Part shown: positions 23,766-35,639 of the stretch, piece after piece
How positions within the stretch are numbered: the first letter of the stretch is position 1
Layout: every line of letters starts with the position of its first letter
Source: Lama glama
Lineage: Eukaryota
DNA: 64,000 nucleotides
Assembly (NCBI GenBank): GCA_028534125.1
Contig: CM052817.1
Span: 684,001-748,000, forward strand
Direction of reading: 5' to 3'
Translations under genes and position numbers: made by a program
The notes under the pieces: model-generated
What the model was told of the DNA's origin: nothing
Seen by the model: only the letters and a program-made list of their open reading frames with translations
The model's database searches: none

Positions 23766-24974
23766 CCACCAGTGCCCACGGAAACGGTGATGATGACGTG
23801 GTGGGGGGGGGCACAGGGAGAGGCTGCCCAGCCCATTTACTCCCCTGGATTAGAGGTGAGGGGGAGGCTGGGTGAGTCTGTGGGTGGAAAGGCTGCCCTG
23901 GGCTGTGCTCAGAGGGAACCTGCAGGTTGGGAAGCCTCAGGGCAGAGGGGCGAGGCTTCAGGCCAGGATCAGGGGACCAGAGCTTTGGTCTGCTCTCCTG
24001 GGCTGTAGGGAAGGCGGGGAGTAAGTCAGCCCTCCTGTGTGATGTGAAGTCAGGGTCACCTCCCTGAGCAGGGGTCTAGGCCAAGGGTCCCTCCAGCCAA
24101 GCTTCCCTGGGGCCACCCACACATGGTCCAGACTCGGGAGCTGGCTTCAGCCTCAGCCCAGCTCCCTTCCTGACCCGTGTTCTGTGTGGCCCCGCTGGCC
24201 CTGCTCCACTCTGACCCCAAGTCCTTGCCTTCACAGCACCCCCACCCCGACCCTGGGCAGGCCAGCCAGCAGGAGGGGCTACTGCCCGCATAGAGAGGGG
24301 CCCTGGAGATGCAGGAAGAAGGGAGGCGGGGTCCCGGGGCTGGGCGGGTGGGAGTGAGGCTGACCCCCGACATGGAGGATGCTCAGGGGTGCACCCACAC
24401 AGTATGGCAGCAGGAAGTATTGGGGTGACTGGGGAGGGCGGGGAGGGTGCTGCTCCTCCTTGGCCCTGCGGCCTGAGCCAGCCCAGGCTCTGCCCCCTCA
24501 CTCAGGCTGAACGACCCAAACCTCCCCCGGGCATCTGCTCCAACTTTGCTGGGACCACAGATCAAGCCAGATTTGGGATTTGGAGCAGCCCCTGACGGCA
24601 AGGTGGGGCTTGGTTAATTACCCTCCCCAAGCCCAAGGCTCACCTCCTAGGTGTCTGAGGGCCAGTCTGGGGCGCATCACCCTGCAGTCTCCTCTGACCC
24701 TCCCTCCACGTGCAGGTGCAAAGCACGCCCCAAAGCCGTGGGCTCCAGGGAGAAGCGGAAGACCCCTTCCCAGCAGGGCGGCCTTGGGCGGCTTGGGCAG
24801 GCCCGGGGCTCGTGGCCTCGCCCACCTGGTCCTCCTGGCAGCCAGGGGCAAGCCCCAGTGGCCACAGGGCGCTGGCCTGGGAGGCGGGCTCTGGGCGCCG
24901 TGATGCTCCAGGCAGAGCAGCAGCCGGCAGGGACGGGGTTAAGAGCGTGCCTCCCGGCCTCCCTCCCCTTTCCC

Positions 24975-25150
24975 TTGAAATGGCTCCCTGGTTCCAGAAT
25001 GACTCCCTTCCCCTCTTAATCTGCATTTTACGAGTGAGAAGCTTTGCATTATGCAAATCGTTAGATAGGAACAGGTGACATTTCAGCAAAGAACATGAGC
25101 GGCGGGCCAGCCGGCGGCGCTGAACTAGACATTAGTATTTGTCACCAGGG
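24975..25150. promoter_or_regulatory. Candidate conserved non-coding element / enhancer
   Basis: cttaatctg, TTTTACGAG 25026-25034, octamer dyad TTTGCATTATGCAAAT 25043-25058, caggtgacattt, cattagtatttgtcac. Confidence 0.6.
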
Positions 25151-25269
25151 CGGCGGGGGCGGAGGGGGGCTCAGCTGTTCACACCTTAAGGTGGAAGTCT
25201 CTGGGGCGGTGGCTGGAGCCGGCCCCCACCAGGCTCTGCTCAGGCAGCCCAGGGGCAGGGCCAGCCTGG

Positions 25270-25360
25270 CTCCACTTCCAGGTGAGGAAACCAAGGCACA
25301 GACGGGCGAGTGAGCCAGCCCAGGGACATCCAGCTGCAGATGGGCTGGATCCAAGCCACT
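25270..25360 (-). mobile_element. MIR SINE core fragment
   Basis: ccacttccaggtgaggaaaccaaggcacagacggg...gcccagggacatccagct. Confidence 0.6.
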
Positions 25361-27099
25361 GGGTGGCCACGGCCCGGTCTTTGGACCCCTCCCCACTGTG
25401 CCCAGACTGGCCACCAGTGTCCCGGGGTCCATCTGGCCCTCCACGCCTTGGGTGCCCTGGACGTCGCAGGGCTGCTCCTCAGCACCACTCACCGGGGCCC
25501 TGGCACCCACGGCCACCCCAGGGCTGCACCGCCATCCTGTGGACCTCCCTCCAGCTCCACCTCAGCCCAAAGAGCCCTCAGACACCCCCTCCAACCACCC
25601 CCACCCGATCCTCCAGCACAGAGGGTGCTCTCCCGGCCCTTCCGGAGCAAGGAGCAGGTGTGTGCTGCGGCCATCTGTCATCCCACTGTCAGCCCCGCAC
25701 AGTCCGTTTCTCTGGAAGTTGTTTGAGAGGAAACGGGCAGAAGGAGAAGTGAGGGGCCGCCGCACTTCACAAGGGAGCCCCATCCGTGTCTTTCAGTTTT
25801 CTAGCTGCCTTCCAGTGCTTGCCACTGTCTCCTCCACTCCCCGAGCCCCAGCTCCAGTGGGAACTGGAAACTGAAATGCCGGTGGGGCCCCAGAGACCTG
25901 CCCTCGGGGGCTGGTGGCTGTGGACATCTGGATGGAATGGTGCTCCTGGGCACAGGGCCTGGCTGCGGGGGCTGCAGGCCTGGCCAGCCAGTTGGCCTGG
26001 GAGGCTTGGCTGGCCAGGCCCCTGGTGGCGGGTCCGAGGCAGGCACTGTACAGGGGCAGCCAAGCATCTTGGGCCCCAGAGGCTTGTAGGCCTCTGGCCA
26101 GAGTTGCACTATCGGCCCCTCGGGCCCGAGGCGTAGTTTGCAAGACCAGGATGTGGGGTGGTCCAGGGTCTCTACTCAGCCCCCTGCAGAACCTGGGCCC
26201 TGCCCCTAGGTGCCCAGAGGAGCTTTGGCTGGGGTCATTAATGGGCCCCTCCCCTGCGCAGCCCCACTGAGGAGTGCGGACCACCGGCATTCCCGCTAAG
26301 AAAACTTTGAACCCATGGCCGGGATGACCCCATGACCTCGAAGGCCCTGCTGCTCACACAGACTCTAAAACACAAGATGAAGGGAGGCTGGGTCCAGGGT
26401 CTGGACAGTAGCCTCCATGCAATCCCAGCTGAGTGTGACAGTCCCTGCTCTGCCTCTGGGGGGTGCGGCTTGCAGTGGGGCAGTACTTGGTGGCTCTGGA
26501 GAGGGGCTCTGGTGGGAAGGGAAGGGCAGCAGGTGGACAGAGGTGGGAGGGGAGCCAGTGCATCCTGGGGGTGAGCCTTGCCCTCAGGACCCCCCCCCCG
26601 CCCTGGAGGGTAATGCCTAGCAGTGCAGCAGTGCCGGGGACACGCTGCCTCGGGGAGACTTCTGGGTCTGGAGATGAGGTGGAAAGCTCTCACAAGAAGC
26701 TCTCCACGAAGAACAGAGGACCAAGGGCCCAGAGGAGACTCCACAGCGGCGCCTGTCCCCAGAGGCCTCCCCTGAGCGGCTTGCTGCAGTGGGAGCTCCT
26801 GGGTGCGTCCAGCTTCTGGTGCCTGTGGGACCCTCTGCAGGGACACACGCCTGGCCTGTGACTGGAGGGCCTTTAGTGGGAGACAGCTGGTCTGATGCCC
26901 ACTGCACAGGGCTCCTGCCTAGGCCGAGATGTGGTCAATCCGCACGTGCCCCAGGGTTTACCCACCAGTCACTCAGCAAACACTGTGAGCCCAGGCAGCC
27001 GCTCCAGGGGAACAAGGCCAGTGGGCCTGCCTGCTAGGGGTCAGCGCCTGCCGCAGGCCCCCGCCATGCAGTCAGGGCCACAATCAGAGCCAGAGCCGG

Positions 27100-27620
27100 A
27101 GAGCACCCAGCACCGGCCACCTCCCCATCTCCCCAGCGGTCTACTCCCTCGCGTGCGCCCCGTCCGCGGGTCCCGGAGCCCCTTCTCCGTTCCAGGCCCC
27201 AGACAGGAGCAACGGCCCCCGCCCCATCTCGGGACATTCTGTCTCGGAGGGCGGGGAGGGGGGCGCCGCTCCGGTGTGGGTGGGACAGCCTGTGCGCGGC
27301 GCGAGACGAAAAGGGCGGGGCTGGGCGGGGCTGGGCGGGGCCGAGGGAAGGGGGTGGCCACCTTAAAGAGGCCCCAGGAACGAGATCTGCGAGGCTTTGG
27401 GGCGGGAGGGCTGCCGTAACGCCTGTGCGAGGCCCGCCGCCGCCCCCAGCCTGAGCGCGGCGGGACCGGCCGGGATGTCGCGGACAGGGCTGCGGGCGCG
27501 CGGGCGTCCGTGCAGTGGAGGCAGGGACAGGTCAGGGGGAGAGGGAGGGTCCTCAGGGAGGGCCTCCCGGTTCTGCAGGTATGGGTGCAGTGGGGGAGGG
27601 GAGGCCGAAGGTGAGCCCTC
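27100..27620 (+). promoter_or_regulatory. Orphan CpG island with promoter-like layout
   Basis: High CpG density; three GC boxes GGGCGGGG at 27313, 27323 and 27333; ttaaag at 27363-27368; donor-like CAG|GTATGG (GT at 27579) and AAG|GTGAGC (GT at 27611). Strand is inferred from this layout only. Confidence 0.55.
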
Positions 27621-28044
27621 CTGTGTCCGTCCTGGGTGGGAACCCCACCCATTACCTCCAGGCTGTCCCGGGAGAACCCTGTGGTTCCTACACCTTCCCA
27701 GGCCTGATGCCAACTGGGACAGAGGGAGGGGGGCTGCCCCGCAGTCTGCTGCCTCAGTGGACCTGCTCCTACGTCGCTCCAAGCCATCCTTGGGGTCGGG
27801 CAGGCGAGAGGGGGCACCCCGCCAGCTCTCCACCTCTCGTTCCCCCACATGCGCTGGGGGCACCACCCTGAGAGGCCCGCGCCTTCATCAGCCCTCTCCC
27901 TCAGGCTGTGAGGTCGGAGGCTCTGGCCACTCCCCACGCCCCTGGGTCCCCCGCAACCCGAGTCTCCTGCCCACGCGGCCCCTCGTCCCTCTGGCGAAGG
28001 ACAGGTGTCTGTCCTGCACCTCCGTTGGAGGAGCACCCGGCGAT

Positions 28045-28320
28045 GCGGTGACATTTAAGATGAAAAGGCAGGACTGTCGCTGCTTTAACAGCGAGAGTAG
28101 GGTCTGCAATTAGCATGAGAAAAGGAAACCCTCTCCCTTATCACCCAGGGAGCCCTCCAGAGCGGCTGCGCCCCTCCTGAAGCGCCGTCCCATTGTCCGT
28201 TGTCAATAATCACTTACTTCCAGGCTCATAAATGTCATTCTTGGGGTGCCCATAAACAGCCCCGTTCTCTTTTAAATTAGCAAGTAGAGATATTTATGGG
28301 TTTCTATTAAGGGTGATGGG
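28045..28320. promoter_or_regulatory. Candidate conserved non-coding element / enhancer
   Basis: gtgacatttaag, gcaattagc, cattgtc, ttgtcaataatcac, ctcataaatgtca, cccataaac, ttaaattagc, atttatggg: adjacent HOX-type and MEIS-type sites. Confidence 0.6.
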
Positions 28321-28792
28321 TGGGGGAGTCGCGACAGGAGAATGCTGTGCCCTAGGCCGGCGCCTTAGGGAGCCCAGATAAGGTGGAGGCTTGCGGGGAG
28401 GCCTGCAGACGCTCCAGCCACCCCTCAGACCAGACACCCCAGACTCCTGTGGGTCAGCCTCGGCTGGGGGAGCCTGCCTCCGGGGGTGAGATTTCAACAT
28501 GCAGGGTCCCCAGCACCAGAGGAGAGGTCAAAGTGCCACTCACTCCGGGAGCCAGGAGGCCCCATCCGAAGATGCTCTCCCTCAGGCCTCAGGGCAGGGG
28601 GCCGGAGTGGAGGTGACCCCACGTGGACCCGGGCGGGCTCCGAATAGGCGCGGGGGTCACAGCACACTCACTTGAGCCCTCCACAAGCTGGAAGGCCGCC
28701 CTGACGCCCCCCAGACTCCCCCTGCTCCCCCACGCTGCTCACTCCCCCGCCCCAGCAGCCGCTCCACACTGGAGCCAGAGACTTTCTCACAC

Positions 28793-29220
28793 ATTTAATT
28801 TGGAGCAATTTTAGATTTAGAGAAAAGTCCCAAAAGTGGTATAGAGAGTCCCGTACCCCCCACCCAACTTCCCCCCCACCTTTCACCTTCATTACGGGCA
28901 CATTTGTCACAGCTAAGAACCCCACATCGGCAGCTTACCCTCACCTAAACCCTAGACTTGATTCAGGGTTCCCATGTCCCGACCCATGTCCTTCTCCTGG
29001 CCCAGGCCCCCCAGACCCCCTCCAAGACCCCACTCTGACTCCTGGGCCCCTAGTCTCTCTTCTGGCCTGGGCAGCTTGGGGATGCCCGTGTCCTCAGGCC
29101 TTGGCGGCTTGGGGACAGCCGTGCCCTCACGACCTCAGTCTGGGCTGGGCTGATGCTCCTGTCACCATCGCCTCGGGCAGAGCAGACGGGGGTCACGTGA
29201 CCCCTTGTCACTCCTCCCAG
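28793..29220 (-). mobile_element. LINE-1 (L1MC/MD-like) 3' end, GC-eroded
   Basis: tttaattttggagcaattttagatttagagaaaagtcccaaaagtggtatagagagtcccgtacccc and cacatttgtcacagctaagaacc match old L1 3' termini. Confidence 0.75.
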
Positions 29221-30764
29221 AGGCAGTGGCTCTGCTGGGTCCCCCTGGGGGCAGTGACCACTCCCCCCTCAGGGCCCTGAGTATGGACTGGTCACTAAGT
29301 ACAGCCCCCACTCAGGGGGTTTAAGCTCCTCCTCCTGAGGGAGTGTCCAGTACATTTCAGAGACAGCCCACCAGTGCCCCCACCCACACCCTGAGGCCTC
29401 GGCACCATCTCCCTGAACCCATTCCCCACCATCCCCGGCCTCTGCTGACCACCACTCCGCTCCTGGGTCCTGCCTGCCACCCATCCCAGGCCCGTCTGCT
29501 CTCTTGCTGGCATCCAGCCTTGTGGAGTGGTAGGGACTGTCACTGTCACACTGGCCCCCACACCAGGCACTGGGCCTCCCAGAGAAGGCATTACTGTTAG
29601 TCCATGTGCACATGCGCTGGCCCTGTGGGAAGCCATCCATCTCTCAAGACAGCCCTGCGGGGAGCAGAAAGTGTGGAGGGCAGAGGCCACGGGTCTGGTA
29701 AGTGGGGAGGGGACCAGAGACAGGCAGGGTGGACGGATGGTGGTCAGGACAGAGGCCCAGGGCAGCTGGGCAGGACCGCACATGCCAGCTCCCAGCCCAG
29801 AGCACGCCGGGTGGGGCCCGGGAAGAGGATGCCCGCAGGCTCGGGCTGCCTGGCCCTTTGGCCACAAGGAGAGTCCATCCTTCCTCCCGCCCGCGGTCTC
29901 ACAGATGTGGCGTGAGGAGTTAGAGACGTATGATTTGGACAAACACAGATGGATTACATGGATTACACCACACACCAAGGTGTCCACGGGGGCTCTGATA
30001 AGACGGCTTCAGCCTGGATTCTGCTTGTGTAAGTGCAGGCGAGAACAGTCACCTCGCTCAGGCCAGGCCCATCCACCCCAGCAGGAGGGACGGCGCACAG
30101 GGACCTCTTGGCAGCCACTGCCCACCCTGGCCCCACCCAGAGGAGCAAGTCCCCAGCCCTGCTGGGAACAGGGACACAGCAGTCACCTGGCTGGTCTGAC
30201 CATCTCCGTCAGGGGAAAGACGACTGGAGTGCGGCGTGGACTCTCGTCGATGTCTGGGCCAGCAACACTGTCACTGGTGGGCCTCGCCCGCAGCCAAGGG
30301 GAGAAGGGAACAGCCATGTCCAGGGGTGGGGTCCCAAGGGCAGCTGTGGGTGCAGGTTGTGGGGAGCTGGGGGCCTGTGCAGTGTCCGCTCCAAGTGGGT
30401 GGGAGGTGATCAGATGCTGGGATCTCACCCGTTCCCCCCAGGAGCCAGAGGACATGAGGCCTATGCAGGCAACCTCCCGTCCCCGCCCAGGAAGGGGCTT
30501 GGCACCCTGGGTCCTAAATGAACCGTCTCCCTCCCAGCCAGAATGCACTGTGGGGAGCTGGGGCCCTGAGGGTGGGCTGGGAGAGAGAGGCTGGCAGTGC
30601 AGCTGGCCACCCTGCAGCCCCAAGCAGAAGGGGCCCGGCCCACCTGCAGCTGCCCCACGAGTGGGATCGTGTCCGCAGGTTTGAGCTGCTGGGGGCCTGG
30701 GCTACGGCCTCCCTCCAGGCAACAGCCACAGCAGCCCTGCCGGGCAGCTCCCCGCTCCCGCATC

Positions 30765-31242
30765 CAAGATTCCACCTTAAATGGTTTGATCAGCCCGTGC
30801 ACCGGTGAGCGCATGCTAATACCGGCCTCAATAAAGAGCAAATCAGGACCCAAGTCGACTGGTCTTATCACACAGTCAGAACTGATGGCTGCAGAAGCCA
30901 TAAAGATCCCATTTAATCTCGCGTCTATCTATCACCGCGGACGTCTTCACCCTCTTTGTGCTGGGGTAATATGTGCTCATTACGAAAGCAAAACAGATCT
31001 GGCATGAATAAACGCAGGATGAAGTGCTCACTCGGAGTGACAGCATGATCAGTGGCGGCAGTAATCGGGGAGAATCGAGGGCTAAATTATTCCATAGCTG
31101 TGATTCGAGGGGACAGCCCGGAGCACCCCACAGCTGCCGGCGGCGGCGGTGACGTGTCCTGATAAAACATCCTTCCCAATTTACGGGACCGCGCTTGAGC
31201 AGTCTGCCGCGGCGTGCGCGCTGTCTAATCATGCCATCAGCG
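30765..31242. promoter_or_regulatory. Candidate conserved non-coding element, truncated by the gap
   Basis: caataaagag, gccataaag, catttaatctc, gtaatatgtgctcattac, gtgacagc, gtaatcgg, ctaaattatt, caatttacgg, ctaatcatg; CpG retained. Confidence 0.6.
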
Positions 31243-31342
31243 NNNNNNNNNNNNNNNNNNNNNNNNNNNNNNNNNNNNNNNNNNNNNNNNNNNNNNNNNN
31301 NNNNNNNNNNNNNNNNNNNNNNNNNNNNNNNNNNNNNNNNNN
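31243..31342. other. Assembly gap (100 N)
   Basis: Run of exactly 100 N, a usual unknown-size placeholder. Confidence 1.
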
Positions 31343-31407
31343 TTCCGGGAGGGGAGAATTGTGTTGGCCCCAGGGGACAGCTGCAGGGAGAGAAGGCCAC
31401 CTGGGGG

Positions 31408-31500
31408 CCCTGGGCAGCATCTCTGAACCCCACTTCCTATCTCTAAAGTGGGGTGCAGGGTGGCCTCCTTGTGGGAGGTGGGGCAGGACTAGATGACAGA
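31408..31500 (+). mobile_element. MIR SINE core fragment
   Basis: cctgggcagcatctctgaaccccacttcctatctctaaagtgggg. Confidence 0.5.
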
Positions 31501-32219
31501 GGTCTCAGCCTGTACTGAGGGCTCCTCTACCTTCCTGTGGTGCCCCCGCCCAGTCCAGAGGGCACAGGCCTGCCTGCAATGTCTCTGGCCATCTCCCTGC
31601 AGCCTGTCTGCCTGTCTACATGTCACCTCTGGTCCTCTCTGACTGAGGTGAGCAGGGGGCACATCTGACCCCAGGGGGTGAGTCTGGGGCTCCCTCAGAG
31701 GATGCACAGCCCAACTCGGGGGCTGGGGGCAGGAGGCCTAGATCAGCCTGACTGGCCGTGTGTCCATGTCCTTGGCCTGTCTCCCGGTCCAGGCACACTC
31801 ACTGGGGACACTCAGGAAGGACACCTATGCATCAGTGCCGGGAGAGAGGAGCAGTGGGGAGAGTTGGCCCTCGAGGGTGGCCGTGAACCCCAGGAGAATG
31901 GCACACCCAGGCTGGGGGCGACGGGGGCAGGACCTGAAGCCACCTGGCTCCCCAGGTGGTGGCAGGGCCCTGTGAGGGGCAGGAGGAGGGCCAGGTGCAG
32001 AGCTGGGGAGAACTGGGCAGCAGGCCGGCTGGACCAAGGGCAACTGCTGGCCCCATGGGCCTGCTTCAGAGCGGGGCACTCTGGGCAGTGCCCTCGGGCT
32101 CAGGGGTGGCCTTGGAGCCCCCAGCCAGCTGAGGGAGACCTGGACGGCCTGGCAGCCAGCTAGGGCTCCCGCCCTGCCCCGTCGGTGGCCCTGAGCCAGG
32201 CAGCGCGCAGGTCTCCTCA

Positions 32220-32520
32220 CAGGCCTTTATGTAAATCAAGACTAATTAGCCCTGCGGCATTTGTGTGGAATATCACTGTTTTAATTACCGGCCCCGGCAG
32301 GTTTGGCTGCTGCCTGCTGTGGGGCCAATTACCATAAATCCCCCGGTAACAATTAACGCTGCTGGAGGCGGCACGTGTATTTCCAGTGTTATAATTATGC
32401 TCTGCCGTGTTAATTGGCCTATCTGACTCTTTACTTTTTATGCTGCTCATCTGCCCATCAGCACAGCCATTTAATTCAATTAGCACCTTAATTAGAGGAA
32501 CAGTCTTGTCCAACGCCGGG
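32220..32520. promoter_or_regulatory. Candidate conserved non-coding element / enhancer
   Basis: Very dense TAAT: actaattagc, tttaattacc, ccaattaccataaatc, acaattaac, ataattatg, ttaattgg, P3 site TAATTCAATTA 32472-32482, ttaattag. Confidence 0.7.
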
Positions 32521-32829
32521 CCTTGTCAGGGAGCCGGCCTGATGAGCAGACAAACACACCCGCGTCGCCAGGCCCGGGAGGCAGTGGGGGCCTGGGCCAG
32601 GGGCTCCGCCCCGGGGTACAGCCCGGCTATCCGCGGTCCCCTCCGCCCTTGGAGGCCCGGCCCGGAGGCAACTGAGAGATTCCTCCCGCCCCCTGGAGCC
32701 CCCTCCATGACCTTGGGCATCTCCCAGGGCCGGCCCCTCCTGGCCCGGTCGCCCCCAGGACCGGCCCCCAGGCGGGACCATCCCTTCTGGGTCCTGTTTT
32801 GTGCCACTCTGTTGGAGTCCCCATTCCCT

Positions 32830-32920
32830 GCCCATTAGTTCTCCTAATTAGAATTAAATGAAGCGTGCTAAACTGCGAGATTAACCAATAATTAAGCAGC
32901 CACCGCACTAAAACTGAACA
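32830..32920. promoter_or_regulatory. Short homeodomain-site cluster
   Basis: ccattagttctcctaattagaattaaatg...gagattaaccaataattaag. Confidence 0.55.
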
Positions 32921-34024
32921 CCCGCTGGCTGCAGCCCCCACCTCCTCGCACCGGGGGCTGGGCTGCACCAGCCAGTAGGGGGCCGGGGGAGAGGGGACAC
33001 CACTCAGACACGGGGTAGCAGGACCTCCTCAGCCCTCGCCTGGCCCCCTCCGGAGGGTCACGCCCGCTGCCACCCATCACTCCGCGGGCTGAGTCGTGGC
33101 CCCGTGGTGAGGACGAGCCCGGGACGTGGTGAGGGTGTGTGTGTACATGTGCGTGGGGGCGGGAGCCGGCCGCGGGCACACCTGTGTGCGACTGCCCATG
33201 TGAGTGTGAGTGTGGGTGCAGGCTCCCACAGGAGTCTGCTGGGGGGGGTGAGGTGGGGGGACTCTCAGGGTGATGCCCACACCCTGCTGCCAGGCCTGGG
33301 GCGGGGGGAACAGAACAGCTCCTGAGAAAAACCAGGCTGGGGCTGGGCTCTGGGAAGACCTGGGGGGAAAGTGGCTGCAGGGCCATCCAGGGCTTTACAG
33401 CCACACTCACTGGCCTGCCCAGGCGCTCTCGTCCCAGCTGAGCACTCCCTGCGCCCCCACGCCCTGGGAGGTCTGGACCCCAGCCCCAACTCCCTCAGCA
33501 GGTGAGGGAGAACTCAGCACGACCAGGAAAGGGAGGTGCTCAAACCACAGGCCCCCTCCCCTCAGCAGGAAGGAAGGAAGAAGCCAGGGACCTGAAGGGA
33601 GGGAAGAGGGAGGAGGATGGAGGAGGGGTGCGGCTCCGCCCTCGTGCCCCAAGCCCCGAGAGTCCGCAGGCGCAGGGAAGGCAAGTCTCCCCCAGTCTCT
33701 GACACCAATGCCTGCCTCCACCTGAGGGGCACCCCTTGTGAACCCTCCCAGCCCAAGAAGGGGCTGCCCCCATGAGGTTCCCTGGGGTTTGGGTTCCCTG
33801 CCCCAGCCCTCCTGGGCTCCCTGCAGGACTGCCCTCTTCCATCACTCCCAGAGCCAGCCCGCCCTCCCCCGCCCCCTACCAGGACCCCCGTTCCCGGCTC
33901 AGGGACCTGCCCACCGTGTCTCCAGGGAGCCCCCCGATGGCCAGTTGGGCCTTGCAACAGGGAGCCCCATCCCCACCCCAGCACGCAGGGTCGGGTTGGG
34001 GCTGCTACCACAGGATTTAAAGGC

Positions 34025-34172
34025 GGACTTACCAGCTGCGTGACCTAGGCAGGGTCCCAGTGTCCTGGTGCCTCAGTTTCCCCGTCTGTGAAATGGGAGG
34101 GGACAACATCCCCAGGCCGCTGAGAGGAATGAGCAAATTAATGGGCAGAACGCCCAGAGCACCACCTGCCAG
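34025..34172 (+). mobile_element. MIR SINE
   Basis: acttaccagctgcgtgacctaggcag...tgcctcagtttccccgtctgtgaaatggg...attaatgggcagaacgcccagagcaccacctg. Confidence 0.8.
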
Positions 34173-34419
34173 GGGGAACCCCACAACACACGTGGGCTGT
34201 GGCCACACACGTCCCCACGGCCACCTGGCTCTGAGCACACACGGTGCAGGGTGGGGCAGCCTGGCCTGCAGGGAGGGGGCGATGCGCATGGGGGCCCGCG
34301 GACGCCCACCTGGGGACGGTCGCCCTCGCACAGCTTGTGCTTCCCACGCGGGCGGGGCCCCCGTACCCAGTCTCAGCGGCGCGGGGGCATCCGTCCCTCA
34401 GGCGGCCACGCACGCCACA

Positions 34420-34770
34420 GCCCCGGCTGTAAACTTCCCCGTAACAGCCCGCTCCTGCAGCCGCAAGATATTGACTCTGAGGAGAAACAATGGCACGAAT
34501 AAAATAAAAATGAAAAAGTTAATTATCCTTTGTGTTTGTAATTTAATTAAAGAAGCAGTAAAGTTTTACTGGTTTTCCAGGTGATGGTGTTTAGAGCCCC
34601 GAAAAGCTATTTGTGCTGGTGAGATTAAAGTGCATTTTAAAGTGTTCCTCCAGTACTTTCACATTTGTTGATAGATTTTTAAATTAAACTTTAAATTGTA
34701 ATCTAAATTACCTCCAACAATTCATGGTCCCTGTAATGAACTCCCACCGTTCGTGCTGTCATCCGTCGAT
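34420..34770. promoter_or_regulatory. Candidate conserved non-coding element / enhancer
   Basis: aaacaatgg (SOX), gttaattatc, P3 site TAATTTAATTA 34539-34549, gagattaaag, TAATCTAAATTA 34699-34710. Confidence 0.65.
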
Positions 34771-35329
34771 GATGGAGTGTGAGTGGGGCTCCCGCAGCCG
34801 CCAGCCCAGGAGCTGCCGCCTAGCCGAAGCCCAGTCAAACCCGCGGGAGCCTGGGCACCAGGCCAGGCGGCAGACGGTCACCTTGTCACCCTGGCCAGTC
34901 CAGCTGGAGGGACAGGCCTGCCCCAGGGCCCCAGTCCCCACTGCAAACCATCACAGGCATCAGGTGCCCAGAACCATGCAGCAGAAGAGGGTTCCTCTAG
35001 CTGGGAGGGGGCAGCATGGAGAGAAAGAGACCCTGGGTCGAGCAGGCAGCCCCCTTCTCCAGGCAGGCCCCGTCTCCTGCCCTGTGCTGGGGCCTGGTAC
35101 GGGGTACCCAGGCCAAAGAGAATTTAATCATCCTGCTCCCCACCTTAGGGGTAAAAGTTAAAGAGAAACAAAATCCAGTCTGTTTTTCTTTTCTCTGAAC
35201 ACGTTCCCAGCTTAGTCGTGATGTTTGTTACCAGGTTTCCTTTTCCTTATGGTCCTGCCACATCTTTAACTGTTACTGGAAAACCTAGCAGGGCTCTCAG
35301 TGTATGTCTGTGCTTCTAAGTAGACAAGA

Positions 35330-35630
35330 GTCTTTTATCAGCCACATGGAGGAGATCGACTACGTGGAAATAGCACGTTGAGGGGAAAGCTTGGTCTTTT
35401 CAGCGATCCCAGAAAGGAACCTTAGAACGGCCAGAGACACCGTTCTCGAGGGTTTATTTGATGGAAATGGTGTCCCTGCCATCAGGGGCGTCCTCCAGGT
35501 GGTCAGTGCTCCTGGAGAGCAACGTGACAGCATGACTCGGAGTTGGCAATCGTCCAGTCCTCTGACTGGACATCGAAAGTGACTAAATCACCAAGAATAG
35601 GAAAGCCAGGAACAGTGGGGTGACTGTGGC
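35330..35630 (-). mobile_element. Possible L2 ORF relic
   Basis: aaatcaccaagaatagg resembles an L2 internal motif; lies in a lower-GC repeat cluster. Weak. Confidence 0.3.
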
Positions 35631-35639
35631 AGACCCAGC

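Noticed and set aside
27041..28113. Overlapping 337-aa and 238-aa ORFs over the CpG island
   Set aside because: Open on both strands because of extreme GC content; low-complexity peptides with no known motif.
29527..30684. 385-aa ORF, the longest in the track
   Set aside because: Non-ATG start, Gly/Pro/Arg/Ala-rich, no recognisable domain, overlapped by ORFs in other frames; expected in stop-poor GC-rich DNA.
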